Source of the DNA: Savitreella phatthalungensis
Lineage: Eukaryota
Assembly (NCBI GenBank): GCA_051599415.1
Contig: AP039700.1
Coordinates: 310,001 to 374,000, forward strand
Length of the DNA stretch: 64,000 nucleotides
Reading direction: 5' to 3'
The number at the start of each line of letters is the position of its first letter. The stretch's first letter is position 1. The notes under the pieces are model-generated. The model ran no database searches, had not been told where the DNA came from, and saw nothing but the letters and a program-made list of their open reading frames with translations. The translations under genes were made by a program, and so were the position numbers. Shown here one piece after another: positions 54,777-64,000 of this stretch.

Positions 54777-56627
54777 ATGTCACAGCAAGGGTCGCCAGCG
54801 ACGGGGCCGATGCGCGCTGGTCAACCAGGTGCCGGGGGTCAGCCTGCAAGACCAGTGCAGACTCAGGCAATGCAACAGCTTGCACTGGAAGTGCGCACGC
54901 TAACGCAGCAGATTGCACAACTGGGGGGTCCACAAAGCACGAATCCCCAAGCTCGTGCGATCATGGTTCGCATCAACACACTGCGGCATCAGTATCAACT
55001 CCTAGCACAGCAGCAGCTACAAGCACAAGCTCAGGCTCAGGCTCAAGCCCAACAGCGTGTACAAACTCCACAGCAGCAACATCAGCAGCATCTCCAGCAG
55101 ATGGCCGGAAGCTCCCCACAAGCCGGATCTTCGCCGATGCGTGCAAGTCCGATGCCAGCACAGGCTAATCTGGCTGGTGCACCTCAACAGGGAGGAGCAA
55201 CTGGCGGGGGACAACAACTCGCTTCGTCACAACTTGACGCCATCTTCGGTCAAGCCCCGCCGGCATCTGCCCCGGCGGCGGTACGTCAGGCATGGGCGGA
55301 GCAGCAGACGCGCGTGCAGCAGCTATTGCGTGCGATGAACGGACTGAAGGCCAGTATCGCGGTGCTGCGTAACGAGGTAGCGATGCCTGGAATCGCGCCA
55401 GAGATTAAGGCCGACAAGGAACGACAAATTGCCGAACAGATTGCACGATTCAGTGAGTTCCAGCAAGTGCTCATCCGCGCTGGTAGGAACGCGCGTGCGC
55501 AACAGCAACAGCAGGCAGTCGCCGCACAACAACAACAACAACAGCAGCAGCAGCAGCAGCAACAACAACAGCAACAACAGCAACAGCAACAGCAACAAGC
55601 TGTAGCACAGCAACAGGCTGCTGCAGCCGCTGCGGCTGCTCAGCAGGCTCAAGCGCAAGCGCAAGCACAAGCCGCGCCGGCTTCAGCGCCTGCGCCAACG
55701 CCAGCGACACCTGTGACCACAGCCGCCGGAAACAAACGCAAAGGTGGACCGACAGCAGCTCAGCGAGCAAAAGCGGCCAAGGCAGGCGCACAGGCGGCTC
55801 CATCTGCTGGCACGCCTGCACCTGCACCGACATCGGCATCGGCTTCTCCTGCGGCAGGTGCTGCGGCGGCCGCTGGGAACACCACCACCGCTGCTCCAGC
55901 AGCAGGAGCGAACGCAGTGGGCACGCCGATCGGCCTACCAAACGGAACACCTACCCCTGGCGGGCAACCTGCAAGTTCTGCTGCGGGGTCGCCAGCCCCA
56001 CCAGCCACTGCAGCTGCTGCTGCGGCCGGAGCAGCAACAACGACAGGCACGCCGACAGGAGCACGGAGCGGCAGCGTGTCAATGCCTTCATCCATCCCGC
56101 CTACCCAGGCGACCCTGACTGCGAAGGTGCCCGTGGCAGCGACAGTCGGTCCAGGTCGACCTACGCTGAACAACGGCGCAGTCGGTACGCCATCGACCTT
56201 CTCGCCCGTGCTTGCAAAACCGCCAGCGACAAGCGGGACCTCCTCCGCTGGCGCCGCCCTCGACCCGAGCGTTCGAATGCTCTCGAAGCGCACGCTCGCA
56301 CAACTGCTCGCGAGCATCGATCCATCGGAGCGCCTCGATGGCGACACTGAAGAAGCGCTGCTTGACATGGCTGATGAGTTTATCGAGAGTGTGGTGACGA
56401 TGGGTTGCAAGCTGGCTAAGCACCGGAAGGCCGATACGCTTGCGGTGGACGATGTGAGGCTTGTGCTCGAGCACGAGTTCAGTATCAGGGTGATGGGATA
56501 CTCTGACCCGAGAGACGATCTACCACACCTCCACCACGGACACGGCGCAAAGAAGAGGGCAAGGGACGGCACGAAAGAGTACAAGTCCAAGATCCAGGCA
56601 ATCAACAACGCCAAGGCTCTGAGCTGA
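54777..56627 (+). CDS. TAF12: TFIID/SAGA subunit Taf12
   Basis: C-terminal histone fold LSKRTL..IDP..LLDMADEFIESV..CKLAKHRK; Q/A-rich N-terminal region. Confidence 0.92.
   Translation: MSQQGSPATGPMRAGQPGAGGQPARPVQTQAMQQLALEVRTLTQQIAQLGGPQSTNPQARAIMVRINTLRHQYQLLAQQQLQAQAQAQAQAQQRVQTPQQQHQQHLQQMAGSSPQAGSSPMRASPMPAQANLAGAPQQGGATGGGQQLASSQLDAIFGQAPPASAPAAVRQAWAEQQTRVQQLLRAMNGLKASIAVLRNEVAMPGIAPEIKADKERQIAEQIARFSEFQQVLIRAGRNARAQQQQQAVAAQQQQQQQQQQQQQQQQQQQQQQQQAVAQQQAAAAAAAAQQAQAQAQAQAAPASAPAPTPATPVTTAAGNKRKGGPTAAQRAKAAKAGAQAAPSAGTPAPAPTSASASPAAGAAAAAGNTTTAAPAAGANAVGTPIGLPNGTPTPGGQPASSAAGSPAPPATAAAAAAGAATTTGTPTGARSGSVSMPSSIPPTQATLTAKVPVAATVGPGRPTLNNGAVGTPSTFSPVLAKPPATSGTSSAGAALDPSVRMLSKRTLAQLLASIDPSERLDGDTEEALLDMADEFIESVVTMGCKLAKHRKADTLAVDDVRLVLEHEFSIRVMGYSDPRDDLPHLHHGHGAKKRARDGTKEYKSKIQAINNAKALS
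55526..55598 (+). repeat. CAA/CAG polyglutamine tract in Taf12
   Basis: About 24 consecutive Gln codons. Confidence 0.9.
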
Positions 56628-56869
56628 TCACCACATCCCCCATCCTAGCCTCATCCCTCGCTCGCTCGCGTTGCCATCAGGACATTGCATATGTTTGACG
56701 AGTCAGAACCCGCGTGTACCTAGACAAGACAAAACACATATAATACGGACCATACGTATACTGTACGATTTGTGAGACAACTTGTGAAGTGTAGAATTGC
56801 GCGTGCGTTAAGAGATGTACGGACTTTGAAATGGTGCTATCACTATCGACATCGTTTTTTTTCCCGAGA

Positions 56870-58336
56870 CTACTGGTCGCGGAAGATGGCCTGTGCACCG
56901 TCGTGCGGGGTGAGGATGATGTCGTAGCGGAAGTTGTTGCCCTTTGCGTTAGGGGTCGGGACAAAGTCGAGTTTCGGGAAGCGCTGGAGGACCTTGACCA
57001 TTGCGTAGGCAATCTCCGTCAGGGCGAAGTTCTGGCCGAGACAGATACGCGGTCCGGCGTTGAAGGGAATGTAGCTGAAGGGCTTTGGAACGTACTTCTT
57101 GCGACCGGGCGTGTCGAGCCAGCGGTGTGGGTCCCATTCGTCCACGTTGTCGATTCCAGTCAGTCGGTGCATCAGCACTGGCGCGTACATGATCTGCGTG
57201 TCCTTTGGCACGCAGATGGGCTCAAGGCCGTCAGGACCACCACCATGTGGCAGCGTTGTGTCACGTAGAGCCGTCCGAACATTCATAGGTACGATCGGAT
57301 ACAGCCGCAGAGTCTCGTTGATGCAACCCTGGAGGAGCTTGTAGTTCTTGAGCTGTGTGTAGGTTGGGCGACCCGTGAGGTCAATCTCCTCGCGCAGAGC
57401 CGCGTAGACGTCAGGGCGCTGGGAGAGACGCATAGTCAGCCAGGTCAGTGTGGCGGCGGTGGTGTCGCGACCGGCAAGGAGGGCAGCGTTCAGTGCGTCA
57501 CGCAGGAATTTCGGGTCACGGTTGAAGCGAACGAGCGCAGTAAGCAGCGATTCGTCCTCTTCCTCGGTCTTCGACACATCCTTGGCGAGGGCCATCTGCA
57601 CATACTTGTCGACGTAGTTGTTGAGATCATTGAGTGTCTTGTTGAATTCGTCCTGTGGCCACCATTTCCAGGTTGGTCCGCGACGAGCTCGTGCGACCTG
57701 GAGTTCCTGAATCTTGGCAAAGATGGCTGCGAACTCGTTGTCGCCGTGGAGTGCATGAGAACGCTCGCCAAAGAGATGCTCAGTGGCGGAGTCAAAAGTG
57801 AAACGGAACCAGAGGTCCATGACGTCGGTCACCTGACCAGGCTTGATCATGTCGAGCACCTCGGTCATCTTGTCCTCGAAATTGTCAAGATCGGCAACGC
57901 GCTCCTTCAAGAACTGAGGACGCATGAGAGCACGGTTGTGTGCCCAGACCTCGCCGTCGGAGTTGAAGATAGAGTTGCCGAGGAAGGCGTACCACTGTGC
58001 ATGGAAGATCGGACCCTTGCCAAAGTCCTGGAATTGAGTGGCAAGGACAGCCTTGACGTTCTCTGGGTCATGAGTGATCAGGAAGCTCTCACCAATGATG
58101 TGGCTGAGGAACGTGCGTCCGTATTTTTTGTAGTTGCGTTGGAGAAGCTCGAGGTTCTCATAACGCTTTGAGTATTGAAGCATCTCATAGAGATTGTCGA
58201 GACCGAATGGAACGTATGACTGTGATACGGTGGGCCAGTGCGCTCCTAGTTTGTAGCTGTAGTAGTACCTTCTGAGGTATGACCAGATGTAAAGGACACC
58301 TGCGGCTGCGGCCAGGTAACCGAGTAGATTCAACAT
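56870..58336 (-). CDS. Cytochrome P450, CYP52-like (alkane/fatty-acid hydroxylase clan)
   Basis: N-terminal TM anchor, DPENVKAVLATQF, AGRDTTA, ETLRLYP, FNAGPRICLGQ heme motif. ATG at 58336. Confidence 0.93.
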   Translation of the reverse strand: MLNLLGYLAAAAGVLYIWSYLRRYYYSYKLGAHWPTVSQSYVPFGLDNLYEMLQYSKRYENLELLQRNYKKYGRTFLSHIIGESFLITHDPENVKAVLATQFQDFGKGPIFHAQWYAFLGNSIFNSDGEVWAHNRALMRPQFLKERVADLDNFEDKMTEVLDMIKPGQVTDVMDLWFRFTFDSATEHLFGERSHALHGDNEFAAIFAKIQELQVARARRGPTWKWWPQDEFNKTLNDLNNYVDKYVQMALAKDVSKTEEEDESLLTALVRFNRDPKFLRDALNAALLAGRDTTAATLTWLTMRLSQRPDVYAALREEIDLTGRPTYTQLKNYKLLQGCINETLRLYPIVPMNVRTALRDTTLPHGGGPDGLEPICVPKDTQIMYAPVLMHRLTGIDNVDEWDPHRWLDTPGRKKYVPKPFSYIPFNAGPRICLGQNFALTEIAYAMVKVLQRFPKLDFVPTPNAKGNNFRYDIILTPHDGAQAIFRDQ

Positions 58337-60104
58337 GTTTGGAGTGAAGCTTTCTAAAGTGATGGTAGTTGAGAACAGTGCGACTTGGATGATGGACTGT
58401 TGTGGTGGACTGAATTTGAGATTACTTGTGTCTTTGTCACTTGTCACAAGACTTTCAAACAAGGATGTGTCTGAATGTTTGGAGAGGGAATCTCTATGAT
58501 GGAGACCCGAACTTGATGATTGAAACTATTGAAGGGAGATCTTGGTTTGGAGGAAGGAATGGAGATCTTATAGTTGGTATCGGATGATGTGGATGAGGAT
58601 GAAGGATAGGAGGATGCGGTGGAACGGGGGCGGCTAAGGATGATTGATGGCTTAGTGATCAAATTATTCGGATGTCCACTGGATGAAGAAGAACATCATG
58701 ACAAAACTTAACTGAATCAACCTGGGGAATGGAGAATAGAGTCCTGGAGTTCTGGAGTCATACTCCGGAGTGGAAGTACTTGGGAGTGGGAGTGAGTGGA
58801 ATTGAACCCCTTTTGCAATCGTCTGATGCTGGAGAATTAATTTGATCAAATCCACAGGTTTTGGAGAAAAAGGGCTTTAGCCGACAGATCCACTTATGAT
58901 GCGCAGTAGTTGTACTTACACATACGGGTATACTTGACTGTATGAGCATGTGAATACTCGTCTCTTTGTCAAACGAGCAGGATGGGCAGCGGTGGGTAGA
59001 CTGACTTTCGGGGGTGGATTCGGCAAGCAAGTCAACAACATTCAATCTACCTCGCATCGATCAAACCAATGCGAAAGGCAGTAATGCTGTAGAGATCTGT
59101 GGCAGGTCAATCTGATCTCGATCGGTCTGGACAATACAGAGTCGGTCAAAATGAGTGGATGGCCATGATCCCAATGCGAAGGCTGGCAGCTTCAATCTCG
59201 ATCGCAATTGCGGGGAGGAAATTAAAACGGGTGAAGATATATTGAATTTTAGCCTAGAAATACTACTCACTGAGATGTATCAATTCGTCCCTCAAATGAG
59301 TCAAGCAAATTCATTGGAATAATTTGAGAATTGAAAGTCTGTCGAGTGGGATTTAGTAGAGTTAGTTGGTACAAACCTCCCCCATTTTCCAGAACCAGGG
59401 AATTGCATCAGAACGGAACCTTTTCAATTCGAAACTCTCCGTTCGGTTCCAGATACAAATCCCATTCAAAAACACAGTAGAATCCATTCGAGATGGATTT
59501 GGTATGATTGACTCCAGGTCAAATTGCTGGATGATTGGTGTAGAGTCCGCGGCTCGCTTCATTCGCGCTCCCGACGTGGGTAAGCATGTGATTGCGCCAG
59601 TAAGCCGTCCACTATCCGTCGAATTTGATCTGCCGCCTTTTCCCCAGATTCTTGGTGTCATAGACCGTCATGTGCACCGTACTTGACTCGAATGTCACAA
59701 GGCCAACTAGTTGGCATCCGCAGGCTGTTGCTGTCATCATCTCGTCTGATTTGCTCCAGGAAGCTTCACCAGATCATATTCTGTGAGATAATTAGCCGTC
59801 GGACCGCAGTTGAGGCTTGGCTTTCCACCCTTAGATACTACGGACGTGATCCGTTGCGACTCACCTTCTTCGGGGGTTATATTGTCGCCGACGCCCGCAA
59901 AGAGCAGGTCCACAGCACTCACGGATTCACACGCGAGTCAGGATCGAGACCAATAACGTGAATTCCTTTGTTATGTAGTGGAGCTCCTCTCCTCCCCTTA
60001 GTCAAGGCAATTGCCGGTCAAGGTGTCATGTGACAAGATGCGTCTCAAATGATCAAATAACCAATTCAAATATTCTAATTTAAGTCCTTTGTTCTCCGAT
60101 GCAT

Positions 60105-60863
60105 TCACTTCATCAATGACCCATTGTCAGTCGTAATCTTCTCGCCTGTCGCGTTGTAGTCACGCATGAAATACAGGTACACCTCTGCCGTGTTTTCGGG
60201 ACTGCCGATCTGTCCCGTGGTCGACTGAGCTGTGCCCTGGGCGAACAAGCCCTTGCGCACCTCTTCAGGCAGCGTGTCCCAGAGCTCTGTGACCACAAAT
60301 CCAGGCGACACAATATTGACACGGATCGGTGCCAGATCGAGCGCAAGTCCACGCGTCAGGCCATCGAGACCTGAAGCATACGCGTTCGGGACGGATCCAT
60401 TCGGCAGAGGTCGGCTGGAGATGACGCCTGTCGTAAAGATGACACTCGACGCCGGTCCCGGATTGAGGTATTCCTTGACGTACTTGCCCAGAATGATTGG
60501 TCCGAAGAATCGAATATTACCAGTGTCCAGAATCTCTTCGATCGAGAACTCCTGAATGGGCTTCAGCCTGAGCTCGTCGCCAGCTGTGTAGACCACGTGG
60601 TCTAGCTTGCTCTCCTTCGTTGCCTTCTCTAGGAGACCCTTGATCTGTTCGTCAAGTGTCGATCGGTTGAATAGGTCAACTGTGTAGCCTGAGGCACTCG
60701 CACCCAGCTTTGCAACTGCGGCATCGACCTTCGCTTGACGCGAGGAAGCAATGACAACCTTGCCTCCAGCAGCGATCACACCTTCAGCCGTGGCGAAACC
60801 GATGCCGGAAGATCCTCCGATGATGAGGACGCGCTTGTCACGAATCTTGTCGAACTTTGGCAT
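60105..60863 (-). CDS. Short-chain dehydrogenase/reductase (atypical)
   Basis: IIGGSSGIG Rossmann motif, LALDLAPIRVNIVSPG, TGEKITTDNG. ATG at 60863. Confidence 0.9.
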   Translation of the reverse strand: MPKFDKIRDKRVLIIGGSSGIGFATAEGVIAAGGKVVIASSRQAKVDAAVAKLGASASGYTVDLFNRSTLDEQIKGLLEKATKESKLDHVVYTAGDELRLKPIQEFSIEEILDTGNIRFFGPIILGKYVKEYLNPGPASSVIFTTGVISSRPLPNGSVPNAYASGLDGLTRGLALDLAPIRVNIVSPGFVVTELWDTLPEEVRKGLFAQGTAQSTTGQIGSPENTAEVYLYFMRDYNATGEKITTDNGSLMK

Positions 60864-61965
60864 GATGGATTGTTGAAGTGTCGTCGATGAGATTTCACTT
60901 CTGATGATCGATTCATCCTGTGCCAACATCCTCTTATATACATGCTTCTAGCCTCTTGACATGGCCTATCTTGCTTCGAATGTCATTACTGAGCAGCGTA
61001 GAAATCATATGTCAGCGGTGGCACGGAATTCGCCCAACACGTGCTGATCATCAAATGATCTGCAATACGGATTACGAATTCTCATTTGGGAACCACATGA
61101 TTCACCTGATGATTTCGCGCTTCAGCTTGGGCAAGGGCAGAAGTAGAGCTGCATCAATTTCTAAGCGATAGGCAAGCGAGCGAGGGAGCGAGGGAGGAAG
61201 CATTCAGCTATCGGACGTCGCACATGTGATGGTACGCATCTCTGTTGCGGGTAGCTCGGGCACGTGAATTGTACAACACACACGAGACTCTGCAAAACAG
61301 GGACGTCCCCAGATCCTTGCCGTTCTCGCGTATCTGCGCTCCCCAAACCGAGGCGTGTCTCGAAATAGAAAATGCGCGTATCGAAGTCATTGAGACTGTG
61401 TACGTTGCGCAAGCCTTGAACTGTTCAACGACTTCGTACTCGGTAACAAGTCAGGCCGTCTAAGCTATACCATAGAGGCTGAGCCTCGGACTGCTGCCGA
61501 GCTCATTAGTCGAAAGTGTTGCTGTGTCTGCAGACTGCGCTCATTTGCGAGTACACTTGGCATTCGGGACGAAATGAGAAGGGAACTTTCCAAGCTCGCC
61601 GACAATACGAGCGGATGTGCCCTTTCGGTGACTGTTACATGGCATGTCACTTTCAGGCTGTATCCCGTGACTGCCAGCATCCTCATCGACAAACTGCATG
61701 CATACTGCATGAAGACATCCGTTGAGACTTTCTACCTGTCTCAGCTTGTACAACCAATAGAGTTTTATTTTGCCTGTGGGCGCTATGGCGTTCCATGGTC
61801 TGGGGTCGGAACTAGTCCTTCCCAATTAGGCAAGTGTCAAACCGACCCCGGACTTTACTTTGTGTACCATATACGCTAGTCAACAGAAATCTCATCTCCA
61901 ATGATGTGTATAAGAGGTTGTCATGCTGCTCTGTGAAGGAGCATCGACAACAGCATTCAGCAAGG

Positions 61966-63897
61966 ATGATCATCGACGCGGGACTGACAGTTCTTCTGCT
62001 AGCGGCCGCGGCGGACGCTCAAGGATCGAGCTCATCGACTCGTGGAGCAGCTGCACGCAGCTTCTCTACTAACCCTGCCCAGACAAGATCCGGCTCAGCG
62101 GCAAGCTACTCTCCGACCTATCGGTTCAATGGGTACAGCACGCCATCGAGTTGGGAGGCGACGCGCATTGCAAATTATTCCCAGCCTGCTATCAGCAAAA
62201 CGTACGCCAAGGCATACACCGCAGTCAGCAGCCTGTTTGCAAATGTCAGTACCACTGCAAGCTTTCCGAACTGGACTCCAACCCCTGCTGCCTCCGCGGT
62301 ATCTGGAGGGCCAACTCCAGATGCATTCTCTCAGCTCTGGATCAATGCAGCACCGCTCAACCTGACTCGCGGATTGTACAACTCAACCGTTTCACCCACT
62401 CCTGTGGCGACTGCCGCGCTTATCCGGCCGCCGCCGCTCCAATTCCCTTCAAACGACACGCTCAGGACTCCTGCAGACTTCATCTTCGGTGTTGCCGGAT
62501 CTGCTTCCCAGGTCGAGGGTGCCGTCGCTGACGGAAAGGCACCGAGCGTGATGGACATGCTCTACACCTTGTTTGGTGGCAAGACGGTAGACAACTACGT
62601 CATCGGATCTCACTACTACCTGTACAAGCAGGACATCAACCGTCTTGCAGCGATGGGCATCAAGGATTACTACTTTACCCTTTCCTGGACGAGAATCATG
62701 CCGTTCGCCCTGCCAGGCACTCCAGTCAACCAGGAAGCCATCCAGCACTACAGTGACGTGATCGACTACTGCTTGTCGAAGGGCATCCGTCCGATGGTTG
62801 CAATTACCCATTTCGACACGCCTTTGCAGTTCTACGGCGGTGGCGGTAAGGCCTTCATTCCGAGCTTCATCAGTGGTCCTCAGCCCTACGGAGCTGGTTT
62901 CGGTCTCAACCTGGCGTACCAGAACAGTACGTTCGTGGACGCGTACGTGAACTACGCAAAGATCGTCCTCGCTCACTACGCCGATCGTGTGCCCCGCTGG
63001 ATCACCTTCAACGAGCCCCAGATCGGCAGTATCAACGGTGTGGCAGTCGACCACGTCATCAAGGCGCACGCACAGGTCGTACACTACTACCGCGAAACCC
63101 TCAACGGCACAGGAAAGATGTCGATGAAGATGGGCATCACCCCTGCAGTGCCACAGAACCCGAGCAACGGCAGCCACGTGCTTGCCGCTCAGACTTTCAC
63201 AGACATCTACGTCAACCCATTCCTGTATCCTCTAACACTCGGACTCGACTACCCGTCGTCCTACAAGCAGGCGATCCACGACTACGTCCCACTTTCACAA
63301 GCTGACCTGGCGTACATGAACAACACGATGGACTTTATTGCACTCGACACTTACAGCGTACCTCAGCTTACCCCAGCCACCACGGACTTTGCCTCGTGCG
63401 CGGCCGACAACACGACCGCGAACCCGCTGTACAGGTTCCCAATCTGCCTGAGGACAAACTACACGACCCAAACCGGCTGGCAGATTGGTTACACGCCAGA
63501 CGCAACCTCTCAGAACGTCGTGTTCGCGCCGCAGTTCCTCAGGGCTCAGCTGTCGTACGTTTGGAACACGTTCAAGAAGCCTGTGTTGATTGCCGAGTTT
63601 GGTCTGCCGATCCCTCCGCCCGCAGGCGGGCTGGTCAAGCCCGTGCAGTACAACACGCCGCAGTCGGAGTACCTGATCGGATACCTGCGTGAGATGCTCA
63701 AGTCGATCTCGCTCGACGGCGTCAACGTCATGGGCGCCTTTGCATGGTCGTTCATGTCCACCTGGGAATTCACCACCTACACAGAGTACGGACTCCAGTA
63801 CGTCAACCTCACAAAAGGCGCTGACCCCACCCTCCCTCGCAACTTCCGTCGCAGCATGTTCGACGCAGTCGACTACATCGAGAGCCGCCGTAACTAA
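61966..63897 (+). CDS. Secreted glycoside hydrolase family 1 beta-glucosidase
   Basis: Signal peptide, Ser/Thr-rich N-terminal extension, FIFGVAGSASQVEG, SWTRI, TFNEP (acid/base), IAEFG (nucleophile), WSFMSTWEF. Confidence 0.93.
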   Translation: MIIDAGLTVLLLAAAADAQGSSSSTRGAAARSFSTNPAQTRSGSAASYSPTYRFNGYSTPSSWEATRIANYSQPAISKTYAKAYTAVSSLFANVSTTASFPNWTPTPAASAVSGGPTPDAFSQLWINAAPLNLTRGLYNSTVSPTPVATAALIRPPPLQFPSNDTLRTPADFIFGVAGSASQVEGAVADGKAPSVMDMLYTLFGGKTVDNYVIGSHYYLYKQDINRLAAMGIKDYYFTLSWTRIMPFALPGTPVNQEAIQHYSDVIDYCLSKGIRPMVAITHFDTPLQFYGGGGKAFIPSFISGPQPYGAGFGLNLAYQNSTFVDAYVNYAKIVLAHYADRVPRWITFNEPQIGSINGVAVDHVIKAHAQVVHYYRETLNGTGKMSMKMGITPAVPQNPSNGSHVLAAQTFTDIYVNPFLYPLTLGLDYPSSYKQAIHDYVPLSQADLAYMNNTMDFIALDTYSVPQLTPATTDFASCAADNTTANPLYRFPICLRTNYTTQTGWQIGYTPDATSQNVVFAPQFLRAQLSYVWNTFKKPVLIAEFGLPIPPPAGGLVKPVQYNTPQSEYLIGYLREMLKSISLDGVNVMGAFAWSFMSTWEFTTYTEYGLQYVNLTKGADPTLPRNFRRSMFDAVDYIESRRN

Positions 63898-64000
63898 AAG
63901 ATGAGGCCGTCCTTGACTCGGCCAAAGTCGTGTAGCCTTTAAATTGCTTGTAGCTGTTGCACAGCATTTCTTTTAATATTCTGCCACTATACCATCTGTT

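Overview
Eukaryotic, fungal genomic DNA. The compact, apparently intron-free genes plus intron-containing tRNAs suggest an early-diverging ascomycete such as Taphrinomycetes (inference only). The window has two parts. (1) About 21.1-64 kb is an ordinary, dense block of housekeeping and metabolic genes: Lro1-type PDAT, a PTS1-bearing GPAT/DHAPAT, dienelactone hydrolase, Hsp20 with a perfect HSE, a PTS1-bearing monoglyceride lipase, Afi1/MesA, Amo1/Nup42, S-formylglutathione hydrolase, Irc21-like cytochrome b5, a CBM52 GPI protein, an AsaB/CmcJ-like oxidoreductase, Plc1, tRNA-Gln, Ubp2, Tma16, Mam33, Taf12, a CYP52-like P450, an SDR and a secreted GH1. (2) About 1-21.1 kb is accessory. Positions 1-17.6 kb look like a graveyard of at least three or four partial copies of one multi-gene unit (genes here called C, B and A) lying on both sides of a tRNA-Thr(UGU) gene. 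Only one gene is intact: ORF A, 1220 aa, which combines an Ulp1/SENP-like cysteine protease, a winged-helix-like segment, a segment resembling a serine-recombinase catalytic domain, five C2H2 zinc fingers and an acidic tail. Two shortened relatives of ORF A form a ~2.4-kb tail-to-tail inverted repeat. Separately, an unknown 475-aa gene is followed by ten progressively diverged copies of its own 3' end, each ending at or near the same stop position. All homology calls were made by eye; no searches were run.
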